Below, in pieces: positions 1 through 11,836 of a DNA stretch of 64,000 bases. Below the pieces are notes generated by a model, which worked only from the letters and a program-made list of their open reading frames with translations, had not been told where the DNA came from and ran no database searches. How positions within the stretch are numbered: the first letter of the stretch is position 1; the number at the start of each line of letters is the position of its first letter. This DNA comes from Euprymna scolopes (taxonomy: Eukaryota). The stretch lies in the NCBI GenBank assembly GCA_053919585.1, contig CM132798.1. One strand, 5' to 3'. Position numbers and translations under genes: made by a program.

Positions 1-430
1 TGTGTGTATCTGTGTACATCTCCTACGCAATAACTCTGTCATTTTTTAGTCTACAGACTAGGAATTATATATACAGGTTGATTTGGGAAAATCGATGTGA
101 TAAGTTTTTGGCCAGAAATTAGGCGATTAAGGGGTCAAAGTTCAACGATTTGACCTTTGAAAACTCTATCAAACTCCCCCGACAATTTTCGGTCTACGCA
201 CTTGAAATTTTAGATATAGGTTCCTTGGACATGGATCGAAGTTAATAACTTAATTTGAGCCCAAATCAATAACTTTTAAGGAGGCATAATAGGGGTCCAA
301 TTTAAAAAAAATTGACCCCTGCGGTCTCTTCCAAATTAATCAGACAATTTGTGGTCTAAACATTTGAAATTTTACATAAAGGGTATTCAGAGATAGGGCA
401 AGCTTTTTCATCAGTTGGGGTCGAACATTT
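1..430 (+). mobile_element. Repeat with about three degenerate ~150-bp internal units (Helitron/Helentron-like non-autonomous element, 5' end outside window)
   Basis: Seen: motif a(c)aatttt..ggtcta...cttgaaattttacata.agg recurs at about 40, 182 and 344. Family assignment is inference from typical DINE/HINE-like internal tandem units. Confidence 0.35.
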
Positions 431-441
431 TTAGTTACCAA

Positions 442-821
442 TATATAAATGTATGTATGTATATCTGTTTGCATGCCTGCCTGAAACTTTCAACAGAGGC
501 ATCGGATTTTATCAAGATCAGTATCGTTTTAAAGTTCGACCTTTCATACGAAAAATATCGAAAAATTGGCTAAAAACATTAATAAGGCATTTTCTACAGA
601 GGAGGTACTTTTTTCGCCGATATTTTTGAAAGGTATACTCTCCTTTACATTGTCTAGCTTTAATTTTATAAAAAATGTCTCTTTCGGTTTGGCGGTGGTC
701 TTAGCAGCATAAACGTGTTCCTCCTTTGCGGTACGGGTTCGAGCATGCCTTCCTACTGCCGCTTTTTTTTTTTTGCTCAACATACGCAGCCAAACCTCCG
801 GGCAACGCAGGGCTGAAATGC
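442..821 (+). mobile_element. Non-autonomous Helitron carrying a tRNA-like cassette (3' CTAG lost in N-gap)
   Basis: Starts atatataaatgtatgtatgt. B-box GGTTCGAGC at 736, T12 run at 763-774, then the Helitron 3' hairpin ccgggcaacgcaggg-ctgaaatgc right before the gap. The same hairpin precedes CTAG at 59755-59782. Confidence 0.6.
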
Positions 822-1475
822 NNNNNNNNNNNNNNNNNNNNNNNNNNNNNNNNNNNNNNNNNNNNNNNNNNNNNNNNNNNNNNNNNNNNNNNNNNNNNNN
901 NNNNNNNNNNNNNNNNNNNNNNNNNNNNNNNNNNNNNNNNNNNNNNNNNNNNNNNNNNNNNNNNNNNNNNNNNNGAAAAGGGGTATAGATCACATCATAC
1001 GACAAGATATAAATGGGGAAAAGTTGTGTTTTTAGGGTTTTCTCTGTTTTAAAATAAATTAAATATGTGTGAAATTAAAGTAGAATCATCGGCTAGTTTT
1101 ATATATCTTAAGAGAAAAGTTAATTATAGGCGAAGAGAAAACAGCCGAGGCGTTTGTTGATTTAGCGGATATTAAACTGCTGGCATATATGAAGAAAAAC
1201 ACAAGAGAAAGAAGTATAATATATAAAAAATGTTTATTTTAGTTAAAACATTATATTTTTTCCGTCGAATCAAATCCAATATGTTGATAAAATAAACAAT
1301 GACGACAGTAATAGGCAATTGTCTAGATCATTCGGAGTGCACTCGTACTCAACGTCATAATACACTTACATGTTTATACAGGCTATGCTTTAATCTCCTT
1401 TCATGTGTTTTAATTAAGTTCTGCTGACAGAAGTATTTAATATGGAAAAAGCAAACATCAGCATCTTATCACTAA

Positions 1476-1502
1476 CTAGCGGAAGTACCCGGTCTTGGCT
1501 GA
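1476..1502 (-). mobile_element. Helitron 3' terminus (degenerate hairpin + CTAG); 5' extent unresolved
   Basis: Plus strand actagcggaagtacccggtcttggct is a reverse-orientation variant of the ccgggcaacgccgggtac...ctag terminus. Confidence 0.45.
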
Positions 1503-3033
1503 ACAGTGTATATTTAAGAATAATTATATTAGATATTCATGAATGACGGCATTGATGAAAAATAGTTTGTATGAATCTTATACAAACTCGTTGGTGCTTT
1601 TCTTGTTTCCTTTTTATCCTGTCTATAGAAATATTTAACACAGAGAAGAAATTCAAATCTCAGGCTCTTTAATAATGCATTATTCTCGTTATGCACATAT
1701 GGTCCTCATTTTGTGCAGATTTCAAATTCCTCCCTTTTTCAATGATTCTTAAACCCTTACCAACTCATCCTGCTGTGACACAAGCATAATAATAAACATG
1801 TCCGTCTCTTTGCATGCAAATGTAATAGCGTTAGTTTATCATATAAAAACCAAATGTGTGTTTGTGTTAATGTATATATCTATACGTATTAAAGGCCTTG
1901 TTAAAATTATTAAATTCTAAAAGCGGATAATAATGATTCTGATAATGTCTTAAAGACCAGGTATACGGATACATAATATTAGAAATTTAGAACAAAATAT
2001 TCATTTTCCTGCCTTAAGATCGCAGAATTTTATGAAGGATCACGTAAAATCGTCTCTTTCTAAACGATTCAGCATCTACGTAATCGTGAACCGCTTCATC
2101 TTTCGAATACGTTAAGTACATAAATTTGCAATGCGTTGGTATGACTGTTGTCCTGGCCAAATTGGCAAGGACATTGATTGCGAAGTGGTTGTTTTGCGTT
2201 CGCGTTTTCGCCCACATATCAGCAGACGTTTTGTTTTTTTATTGCTAATATATGTTTGAAAACGTTTATTTCAGTAAGCATTTGCATTTAAACAGAGTTA
2301 AAATGTATATTTTTTTAGTATTTGTTTTAGTTTTGATCTTTTTTTATTATTTACATGGCTAATATCAAAATATTTAGAGAGATTTCCTTATAGGTAGTTT
2401 ATTCTGTTTCTGTGTATTTATGCCAAACATGTCGCAGTGCTACTAAGCAGTAAGCGCTCAACGATAATAGAGATCAGATTTGCGTGAATAATATTTAGAG
2501 AGTTAGAGAGCGAGATGTGCATTCACATCAGTCAGGGAAATAGAGGCCTAAGAGGGAATTCTTATGTCTACCAGTTCGAGGGTAGAAGTTATTTGAGTAG
2601 AAACATTTAGACCATCTAAGGCTTTCTACAATGTATGGATTATAGAGTTGCTTCTTGTCTGGTATTTCGGTGTATTTACGCCAAGGAGGTACTAGTGTGT
2701 TGGGTTCGCCTGAGCATTTATCATTGAAGAACATGAAATATATACTAGTTTTATTCATTAATGATGATATCTGGATCAATATACTTAGTTTGCTGAGGCA
2801 CATAGCTACCATACTCACCATATAACAAACAAATAATTGAAAAACAAAAACTATTAGAAATACATTATTAATAAACACTAATGTTTAACACGTTAAGTAA
2901 CTCTAACAGGTAACGGAGGAGTATAATACAAATACGATAATATAGAAAGAAACTGAGTTATTAATCGAGAAAAATATAAAAATTCGATTTACAAAATGTA
3001 TTTTTGAAGAAAAAGGATAAGTACATAGTTTCC

Positions 3034-4373
3034 TTTTTATTTCACAGAACACAAGGTCTTAAATACATACTTTTTTATTTCACAGAACTCAGCGTCTTAA
3101 ATACATACTTTTTATTTCACAGAACACAAGATCTTAAATACATACTTTTTATTTCACAGAACACAGCGTCTTAAATACATACTTTTTATTTCACAGAACA
3201 CAAGGTCTTAAATACATACTTTTTATTTCACAGAACACAAGGTCTTAAATACATACTTTTTTATTTCACAGAACACAAGGTCTTAAATACATACTTTTTA
3301 TTTCACAGAACACAAGGTCTTAAATACATACTTTTTATTTCACAGAACACAAGGTCTTAAATACATACTTTTTATTTCACAGAACACAGCGTCTTAAATA
3401 CATACTTTTTATTTCACAGAACACAAGATCTTAAATACATACTTTTTATTTCACAGAACACAAGGTCTTAAATACATACTTTTCATTTCATAGAACACAA
3501 GGTCTTAAATACATACTTTTTATTTCACAGAACACAGCGTCTTAAATACATACTTTTTATTTCACAGAACACAAGATCTTAAATACATACTTTTTATTTC
3601 ACAGAACACAGCGTCTTAAATACATACTTTTTATTTCACAGAACACAAGGTCTTAAATACATACTTTTTATTTCACAGAACACAAGATCTTAAATACATA
3701 CTTTTTATTTCACAGAACACAAGGTCTTAAATACATACTTTTCATTTCATAGAACACAAGGTCTTAAATACATACTTTTTATTTCACAGAACACAGCGTC
3801 TTAAATACATACTTTTTATTTCACAGAACACAAGATCTTAAATACATACTTTTTATTTCACAGAACACAGCGTCTTAAATACATACTTTTTATTTCACAG
3901 AACACAAGGTCTTAAATACATACTTTTTTATTTCACAGAACACAAGGTCTTAAATACATACTTTTTATTTCACAGAACACAAGGTCTTAAATACATACTT
4001 TTTATTTCACAGAACACAAGGTCTTAAATACATACTTTTTATTTCACAGAACACAAGGTCTTAAATACATACTTTTTATTTCACAGAACACAAGGATTTA
4101 AATACATGCTTTTTTATTTCACAGAACACAAGGTCTTAAATACATACTTTTTATTTCACAGAACACAAGGTCTTAAATACATCCTTTTTATTTCATAGAA
4201 CACAAGGTCTTAAATACATCCTTTTCATTTCATAGAACACAAGGTCTTAAATACATACTTTTTATTTCACAGAACACAAGGATTTAAATACATGCTTTTT
4301 ATTTCACAGAACACAAGGTCTTAAATACATCCTTTTTATTTCGCAGAACACAAGGTCTTAAATACATGCTTTT
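3034..4373. repeat. 37-bp minisatellite, about 36 copies (tttttatttcacagaacacaaggtcttaaatacatac)
   Basis: Direct reading of contiguous tandem units with variants aagg/agcg/aaga/aaggattt; no unique spacers. Confidence 0.97.
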
Positions 4374-4631
4374 ACACTTATCGGATTTTAAAAAAGAAAA
4401 GGTTAAGCAGAAATGGGAGTTGAGCAATAGTAGAAGTAATAGGATAAAGGATCACTTATACTTCACAATTATTAGGACATCTTAATAATAAAAAAACAAA
4501 ACTTTTTTCCTTAATGACAACCGCTGCACACATATGAACAACATATACCTAATATTCGCTCTTTTTTAATCTTTCCACCTGAAGCAAATGCACTATGCTA
4601 TATATAAAACTGAATACTATAATAATTAAAT

Positions 4632-4679
4632 GCCTACATACACTAGTGTTTCATCCTTTCATGAATGCTCAGTGCAGGC
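4632..4679 (-). ncRNA. Minimal type-I hammerhead ribozyme motif (family B, copy 2; G8 mutated)
   Basis: Minus strand gcctgca-CTGAgcA-ttcatgaaaggat-GAAA-cactagtg-TA-tgtaggc: 7-bp helix I and palindromic helix III (CACTAGTG). Confidence 0.75.
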
Positions 4680-4689
4680 TGCCACAATT

Positions 4690-4778
4690 CATGCCAGTGG
4701 AGTGATTCGAACCTCGGCAACAGAAGTCATGTGTGGCTTCATTACCATGGGTCCGATCTATTCGGCTGCTGACAACCG
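4690..4778 (-). mobile_element. tRNA-derived Pol III promoter head (SINE-like) immediately upstream of an HHR
   Basis: Minus strand gtcagc-agccgaatag (A-box-like) ... GGTTCGAATC (B-box, 4704-4713) ... cactggc, with acceptor-stem-like pairing. Confidence 0.65.
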
Positions 4779-4972
4779 CGAGAGATACAATTGAAATTAA
4801 ACATGTATTATTTTTAAATGCTTTTAACGTCAGTCAGAGTCATCTAGTCATTATATGACGATCAACGCATATGAGCTAAGTTGACCGACTCATTCCAACT
4901 AAAAGTGCCCAACCATAAAAAAACAAGTTTCTTAAAAGGGCTGACATAATTATTTACTATAAGAAATAAATA

Positions 4973-5018
4973 CCTGCAAACACTAGTGTGTTATCTTTTC
5001 GGGAATCATCAGTGCAGG
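4973..5018 (-). ncRNA. Minimal type-I hammerhead ribozyme motif (family B, copy 1; GAAA box mutated)
   Basis: Minus strand cctgca-CTGATGA-ttcccgaaaagat-aAcA-cactagtg-TT-tgcagg. Direct repeat of the 4632-4679 copy at 340-bp spacing. Confidence 0.72.
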
Positions 5019-5037
5019 GTTTTACGATTAACTTGAG

Positions 5038-5079
<42 letters not shown>

Positions 5080-5196
5080 CGACACGTAACCCGGTGGGTC
5101 AGTATATTATATTTGCTATGGAACTAATGTATGAACGTGACACTAGATTTTGTGACATAACACAAACATTTCTTTAAAAGTATATTAAAATGTAAA

Positions 5197-5272
<76 letters not shown>

Positions 5273-5829
5273 TTCTGCTTATAATTGTTTATTTGAAAAA
5301 AATACAGCCATTGAATTATAAGTAGTTTGCCATACTTATAGGTAAATGTGAACTAAACAGGTACCATAATATTAAAGTTAAGTCAAATTTTAATATAATT
5401 TTAATTTAAATGAGTAAATACCAATTTGGACGGTGAAAAAGTACAAAGTAAAACAAGACGTTATAAAATGCTCTTATGGTTGTGAATGGGTTAAAGTAGA
5501 TTTATTTTAAGAAAATTGCGTCGAAATAACTGAAGCGTAATAAGGAAATGAACTATGAAAAAAAAGCAGAAAGTATTAACAATTGTTCATTTGGAAAATT
5601 TAAACGCCAAAAGAAATTGGGACGCTGAAAACGTACACAGTAAAACAATACTTGCCAACAGGACAAAATGTATTTTTTTTCCTATGTTAAGTAATAATTT
5701 ATAAATAATAGCGTGAATATTTCAGTGCGCAGGCCAAAGTCTGTTGTGAGTTTAATCTTATGTACGCATGCGCAACCGCAAGTCGGAAACCGGATGTTGC
5801 GTTACAACATCCGTTACAAGATCTATTGA

Positions 5830-5890
<61 letters not shown>

Positions 5891-5895
<5 letters not shown>

Positions 5896-6180
5896 GCGTT
5901 GAAACACCGGTTCTCGTCAGATCACCGAAGTGAAGAAACGTTGAGACTGGTTAGTATCAGATGGGTGATCATTTGGGAATTCTAGGCGCTGTATGTGACC
6001 TCCGTTTATCTCGGCGTTTGTTTCCAGTCGTCCTGTGCTTCATTGACACTGGTATTTTATAATGTCGTCTCAGCAGATGTGATGTTGTAGATAGCGCAAC
6101 TCCTGCCAAAAAAGAATGTCACACGCAGGCAACCCTTCGTTGGTATCCTTAGTCTGTGTCCAAGACTGAAGGAGCCTGTT
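5891..6180 (+). mobile_element. 5S rRNA-derived SINE (SINE3-type) or 5S pseudogene with a 3' body
   Basis: 5893-5996 (cgcgttgaaacaccggttctcgtcagatcaccgaagtgaagaaacgttgagactggttagtatcagatgggtgatcatttgggaattctaggcgctgta) matches invertebrate 5S rRNA including the internal control region. No oligo-T terminator follows, and the 3' boundary is approximate. Confidence 0.8.
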
Positions 6181-6272
6181 TACTTATGTAGCAAAAATGG
6201 CAATTAGTAAACACCAGAGGAGGGTGCTCAATACTAATGCAGAGCAAATATATATATTTTATTACCGTTTCC

Positions 6273-6345
6273 TCTGTTTTAGTTATACACGTTTCTGATT
6301 TTTGATCGTATTTGCGATCCAGCAACTTCGTCAGACTCAAACAGA
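6273..6345 (-). ncRNA. Type-I hammerhead motif (family A, degenerate helix II/III)
   Basis: Minus strand tctgtttg-agt-CTGACGA-agttgctggatcgcaaatacgatcaaaaatca-GAAA-cgtgta-TA-act-aaaacaga. The upstream flank (6345-6425) is homologous, in inverted orientation, to 8950-9035. Confidence 0.72.
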
Positions 6346-7653
6346 AGTGGCTACTATTATTTGGAAAGACAATATAAGCAGAAGACGATGAAAAAAGAGG
6401 TGGGAATCTCAGTTTTTATCTGACATTTAAGTTTTTAGATGTAATAATGGAATAAAAAAATCGATCACGGATAAGTTGAGTTTAAAACAATAAGCCGATG
6501 TACACGGACTTCGAGTGCATGGACAAGGGAGAGAGAGACATGCACACAGAGACAGATAGAGGAAGAGGAGTAGATGAAGAGAGAAGACGGGAGAGGTAAT
6601 GCTGTTGTGGTGTCATGAAGTTTGACACGTTAATGATTTACGCGGATTAGTGGTTCGGAATAAAGATGCGTTCTCTTAATGTGAGCAGAAGTTATAAGAT
6701 ATTTAAATGAATTACCTGTTTAAATGCATTTGGTGTACAGGTCTTTAAGACATTAAATAATTAAATTGAAAATGGATTGAATAGGGATAAAATTATGAAA
6801 TATGCATGTAGTTAGTTATAGGTAATAATAAAATCATAATAATAAAATAATAATACTACTAATAATAATAATAATAAAAAGATAGAAAAATGTAATATCT
6901 ATGCACATAAAATAAAATAAAATAAACTAAGAATGATAATAATGATACAAATATATATATAATAATAGAAACAGAGAGCGATACTAATAATAGAATGACG
7001 AAGATAGAAATAATCGTAAACGTGAAAGTAANNNNNNNNNNNNNNNNNNNNNNNNNNNNNNNNNNNNNNNNNNNNNNNNNNNNNNNNNNNNNNNNNNNNN
7101 NNNNNNNNNNNNNNNNNNNNNNNNNNNNNNNNNNNNNNNNNNNNNNNNNNNNNNNNNNNNNNNNNNNNNNNNNNNNNNNNNNNNNNNNNNNNNNNNNNNN
7201 NNNNNNNNNNNNNNNNNNNNNNNNNNNNNNNNNNNNNNNNNNNNNNNNTAAATAGAGATTGGATACATATAAATATATACATATATATGTATATGCACAC
7301 ACATATATGTAAGTATAATAAACTAGGCGAGTTTAGTGCTGAATGCAATACATATACATACATTGTACACAGACGCAAAAATATATATGTGCATATAAAC
7401 ACACACACATATATATACACACAAATATATACACATACATACAAGTACGAATACACATACAAACATATGCATTCATATACAGAAATATATATACATATAC
7501 AATAAACTAACAAAACACGATAATAATATTAAACCAGATAGATACTAATAATAGAATTAGAAAGATAAATATAATAGTAAAAATGAAAGTAAATTGAGTA
7601 AATATACACATACACATATATACCCATACGCCCACATGCACGCGCCCACACAC

Positions 7654-7703
<50 letters not shown>

Positions 7704-7834
7704 GCACACACATATATACCCATACATACAACTACCTACACATACAAATACATGAATATATATAAAAATAGAGATCGGATACATATAACTATAAATACAC
7801 ACACACACACACAGACAAAGACACCCACCCACAC

Positions 7835-8609
7835 ATATATAATGTAAAGCTGAATGTCTGTGTGTGTATGTGCGTGTGTGTGTGCCTTGTCACGAATAGG
7901 CTCGTATATGGTCGACTATTTTAAAACACTCATTACATATAATGATAGAAGATGTATCGAGACACAGGAATCGGTATGTTTGCTCTGGCAGAACGGTGGT
8001 TCATTAAAATTGTGGGGTCTGCGTTCGCGCGTGGCCACAAAGTATAGAAATAAAAAAAATTAAAAATAAAATAAACAAACGTTTACAAGTGTTTTTGATA
8101 TAGGTGTACATAATAATACTTTGATAAGTATGTTTCAACTTAAATAGGGATGGTATAATAAAATTGTGGTGTCTGCGTTCGCGCTTGGCGTCCATAGAAT
8201 GGAAATAGACATTAAATAAAAAAAAATACTTTTCATATTTATCTGCGTAAGTCGCCTTTGATAATTATGTTTCAGTTTGAAGAAATATGGTATAATAAAA
8301 TTATGGGGTGTTCGTTCGTCCCTGACCTCCATATAATGGAAATATGTCACAAAGTTTAACAAGGTTTTTTAATATAGATGTACAGAATATTGTGATGTGT
8401 TTCAGTGTGAATAGGTATGGTATAATAAATTTTGGGGTTTATCTATTTTATTTTTACTTTCATCATATTTTGCATTGGTTTTGATACCCCCGAATTCGAA
8501 GCTATCTCTTTACAACTCTTCCTTTCCATAACCTATCATACTTTCATAAATCAGATTCCATTTTCTGTAGGCTGTTTTGAACCCATTCAACGACGGGTAC
8601 TTTTGCTAG
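7835..8609 (+). mobile_element. Non-autonomous Helitron (family H1, copy 1)
   Basis: Starts tataatgtaaagctgaatgtctgtgtgtg and ends cccattcaacgacggg-tacttttgCTAG followed by T. Collinear second copy at 47932-48702. Confidence 0.85.
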
Positions 8610-8662
<53 letters not shown>

Positions 8663-9027
8663 ATATATATATATCCGTATATATATATATATATATATAA
8701 GTATAATTAACTAGGCGACGTTAGTGACAAATGCAACACATATACATAGATTGTACACAGAAACAGACATATATATATGCATATAAACATACACACGCAC
8801 ATACATACATGCATACATACAAGTATATACGCATACATACAGATACGCATACATATGCATACATATGCATACACATACAGAAATATATATATACATATAC
8901 ACAAATCTAAGTAAATAAATATAAAACATATACACAAATGTAAACTTCATGTCAGATAAAAATGAAGACACCCCCTCCTTTTCTTATCGTCTTCTTCTAA
9001 TTTTTCTTCCAATTCATAATAACTATT

Positions 9028-9090
9028 TCTGTTCAAGCTGACGAAGTTGCTGGATCGCAAATACGATCCGGTAGCAGAAACATGTGCAAT
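9028..9090 (+). ncRNA. Type-I hammerhead motif (family A; GUA mutated to GCA; 3' end in N-gap)
   Basis: CTGACGA-a-gttgctggatcg-caaata-cgatccggtagc-a-GAAA-catgtg-ca; 12-bp helix II. Confidence 0.75.
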
Positions 9091-10571
9091 NNNNNNNNNN
9101 NNNNNNNNNNNNNNNNNNNNNNNNNNNNNNNNNNNNNNNNNNNNNNNNNNNNNNNNNNNNNNNNNNNNNNNNNNNNNNNNNNNNNNNNNNNNNNNNNNNN
9201 NNNNNNNNNNNNNNNNNNNNNNNNNNNNNNNNNNNNNNNNNNNNNATGTGTCTGTGTATGGGGGGACAAAGAAAACGAAAGGGTCAGACAGTGAGGCCAA
9301 ATGATTTCAAGTAAATGGCATAAAAAAACAGTACACAGCATGAGGAGGGCACGAAAAAACAGGGGCGGCCTGAAGTTTAAGTGAAGTTGTTAATTGAGTA
9401 AGTCCTTGAATAAAATTTTTAATGTTGTAATTTCATAAATAAAACAATTATATAGGGGGATTTTTTTTTTTGCCTTTTCGGAAAAGGTTGATTGGAGTTA
9501 TTCTCTTATAACATTTTCTAAAATCAGCCATTTTGATTTAGCCAAGAGACTAGAGGTATGTTTGTTGACGGTGCTCTCGGCTTGAGAGATAATATAATTG
9601 TCTATGCACCCTGGGCCATGGTGTGTCATTATATAAACGAAGTTAAGGCTTTGATTATTGTAATTGTAGTCGGGATTACGGTTAGGAGGCACGCGAAACA
9701 CGTGTTTTGCAACCAAAAGCATTTTTTTTTGCTTTATAAGTCAGGCGAATATATACGTCTTCTAGTCGACTTGAATCAGTCTATTCTTCCACAATATTAT
9801 TAGGATGACAAAAAAGCTTTTGCGGAATTTTTAATTTTAATTTCAAATGGTGTATTTCCAAATTTATTTTCGCTATACTATCTTTATTTTACATATCATT
9901 TTTATAGGTGTCTTTTCCTCTATCCAATCCTTTAAATAACACTTTAAAATAAATCATGCCATCTTTTCAGGACGTGTAATACAAGATAGAAAAAAACAAA
10001 TTCGCACAATTTTCTTATTTAAATTAAAGCTAAGTCGAAAAACAGTTGAAAATAGATCGCTATGTAAATGAAGTGTTTGGTTCAGGAACCACTATCGATG
10101 TACACCAAAATGCCGCTTTAAGAAATCTCGTGGCGGCAACAAGAGCCTTGGCGATGATAAGCTTAGTGGGTGGCCATCGGATGTGGACCACGATCAAGAT
10201 CCTTTACCAAAGACAATCCACGCTCAACTGTTCGAGAATATTTTGCTGAATTAGACAAACGTAAAGGGATTGTAAAGACAAAAAAAAAATTGATAAATGG
10301 GTTCTCAAGAATTGCCCGACGACCCCCCACCCGCAAAAAGGTGGTTATCACGTGTCAGCTTTTCTTCTTTTACGCAACAACAATGAGGACCAGTTATTTT
10401 TACTTGCGGTCAAAAGCGAGTTTCTTTCGACAACCGGTGACGCACAGGTCAGTGCTAAAACGCCGACACAGCTTTACGACACTTTCAAAATCGGGGTTGC
10501 ATCAAAAGAAGGCCATGCCGATTGCTTTTTTCTATCTTCTAAAACACATCTTCCTAATACTAATGACCACT

Positions 10572-10642
10572 TCTGTAAGGTCTGACGAAGCTGTTGGATC
10601 GTAAACATGGTCCAGCATCTGAAACATATGTAACCGAACAGA
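10572..10642 (+). ncRNA. Type-I hammerhead ribozyme with intact core (family A)
   Basis: tctgt-aa-ggt-CTGACGA-agctgttggatcg-taaaca-tggtccagcatct-GAAA-c-atat-g-TA-acc-ga-acaga. Full CUGANGA/GAAA/GUA core, 12 of 13 pairs in helix II, palindromic helix III (CATATG), predicted cleavage after 10632. Confidence 0.85.
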
Positions 10643-10688
10643 TCAAATGCTAATAAACAATTAAAACACACACACACACACACACACC

Positions 10689-10751
<63 letters not shown>

Positions 10752-11048
10752 TAGTAATTGGAGCATTATCTTTAGAGTATTATTGATATTTGTAATAGCA
10801 ATATCAGCGATAGAAACTTTTCGTCTTTTGATGTCGATTGAGTTATAGTATTTGATGTATAATTGTTTGCAGTTGTAATAATGATAATAGTATTAATTAT
10901 AGAAATTCCATTAGTATTTGCAGTGGTAATAGAAGCGGTAGCTCTAGTTATGATGTATTGTAATATAAACATTACTTGTATTAAATGTGTTTGTGTTGTA
11001 TGTAATACTACTTATTAAGTAATAGATTGCTGTATACTACTATCACTC

Positions 11049-11084
<36 letters not shown>

Positions 11085-11836
11085 TGAACAGTAGCGGTTA
11101 ATGCGGTTTACGTACTAATGTTATTTTTTAGTAATATTTATGACAAGCCTACTGGTACTGCTACTACGACTACTACTAAACTAGACGGATTCACCATCGT
11201 TTAGATTACTATATTAATAAAATATACGATGAGGACTTAGATAGTAGAAGTTAGACTGAAAAATATTCTTAATATAAAGTATACCAATAAGAAGCCCTCA
11301 TAGTACGAATAATTTTCTTGTTAGAACAATGTGCGATAATATTCTAGTCGGCGGGAGAAAGAGTATAGTAAGGAAATAGGGAGGAAAAATTGTGTCAAGA
11401 ACGGAGAAACGTCTATATCGAGAGGGAGTAATGAAATAGGAATTTGAGCGAAAGACGGGGAAAAAGAAATACGCTAATTAGCGTGGCAAGTATGTTGACG
11501 AAAAATGTCTGTGATCTTTGAAAAACAGGGAGACCACAGACTTAAAGGTCAAACACACATCAAGGGGAAGGGGGTTGATGTCGTTTTTTTTCTCTCTCTC
11601 TCATAGACAAATAAACCCTGATTCCCTTGCGATGGTGGCGAAGATAGTACAAAATCCTGATTGCGTTAATAGATGTATTGGGAGTGATAATAGTTATGGT
11701 AATCGTGAGAGTAGGTTTACATTTGTAACAACATAAACATTGCAGTAGTATTTCTGGTAGTAATAATAATAGTCGTATCAATTATACTGGCTGTAAAATA
11801 CTTAATTTTTCTGAATGATAATACTAATATTACTAA

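Noticed and set aside
2528-2878. 116-aa ORF as a host exon
   Set aside because: No recognisable domain or splice context; probably decayed repeat sequence.
3034-4373. CRISPR array (37-bp repeats)
   Set aside because: Units are contiguous with no unique spacers, there are no cas genes, and the context is eukaryotic. It is a minisatellite.
5891-5996. Functional 5S rRNA gene (also 31269-31385)
   Set aside because: The two copies are diverged from each other, helix-disrupting changes are present, there is no oligo-T terminator and they are not in an array. SINE heads or pseudogenes explain them better.
6859-9341. Numerous ORF-track proteins (YIYI, poly-X, poly-I/N), here and throughout the window
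   Set aside because: They are translations of (TA)n, (CA)n and (AAT)n microsatellites and N-gaps.
9498-10604. ORFs of 67-144 aa as a gene or hAT transposase remnant
   Set aside because: Only a vague LVAKHVFRVP resemblance to hAT C-termini, with no catalytic motifs or paired TIRs found.
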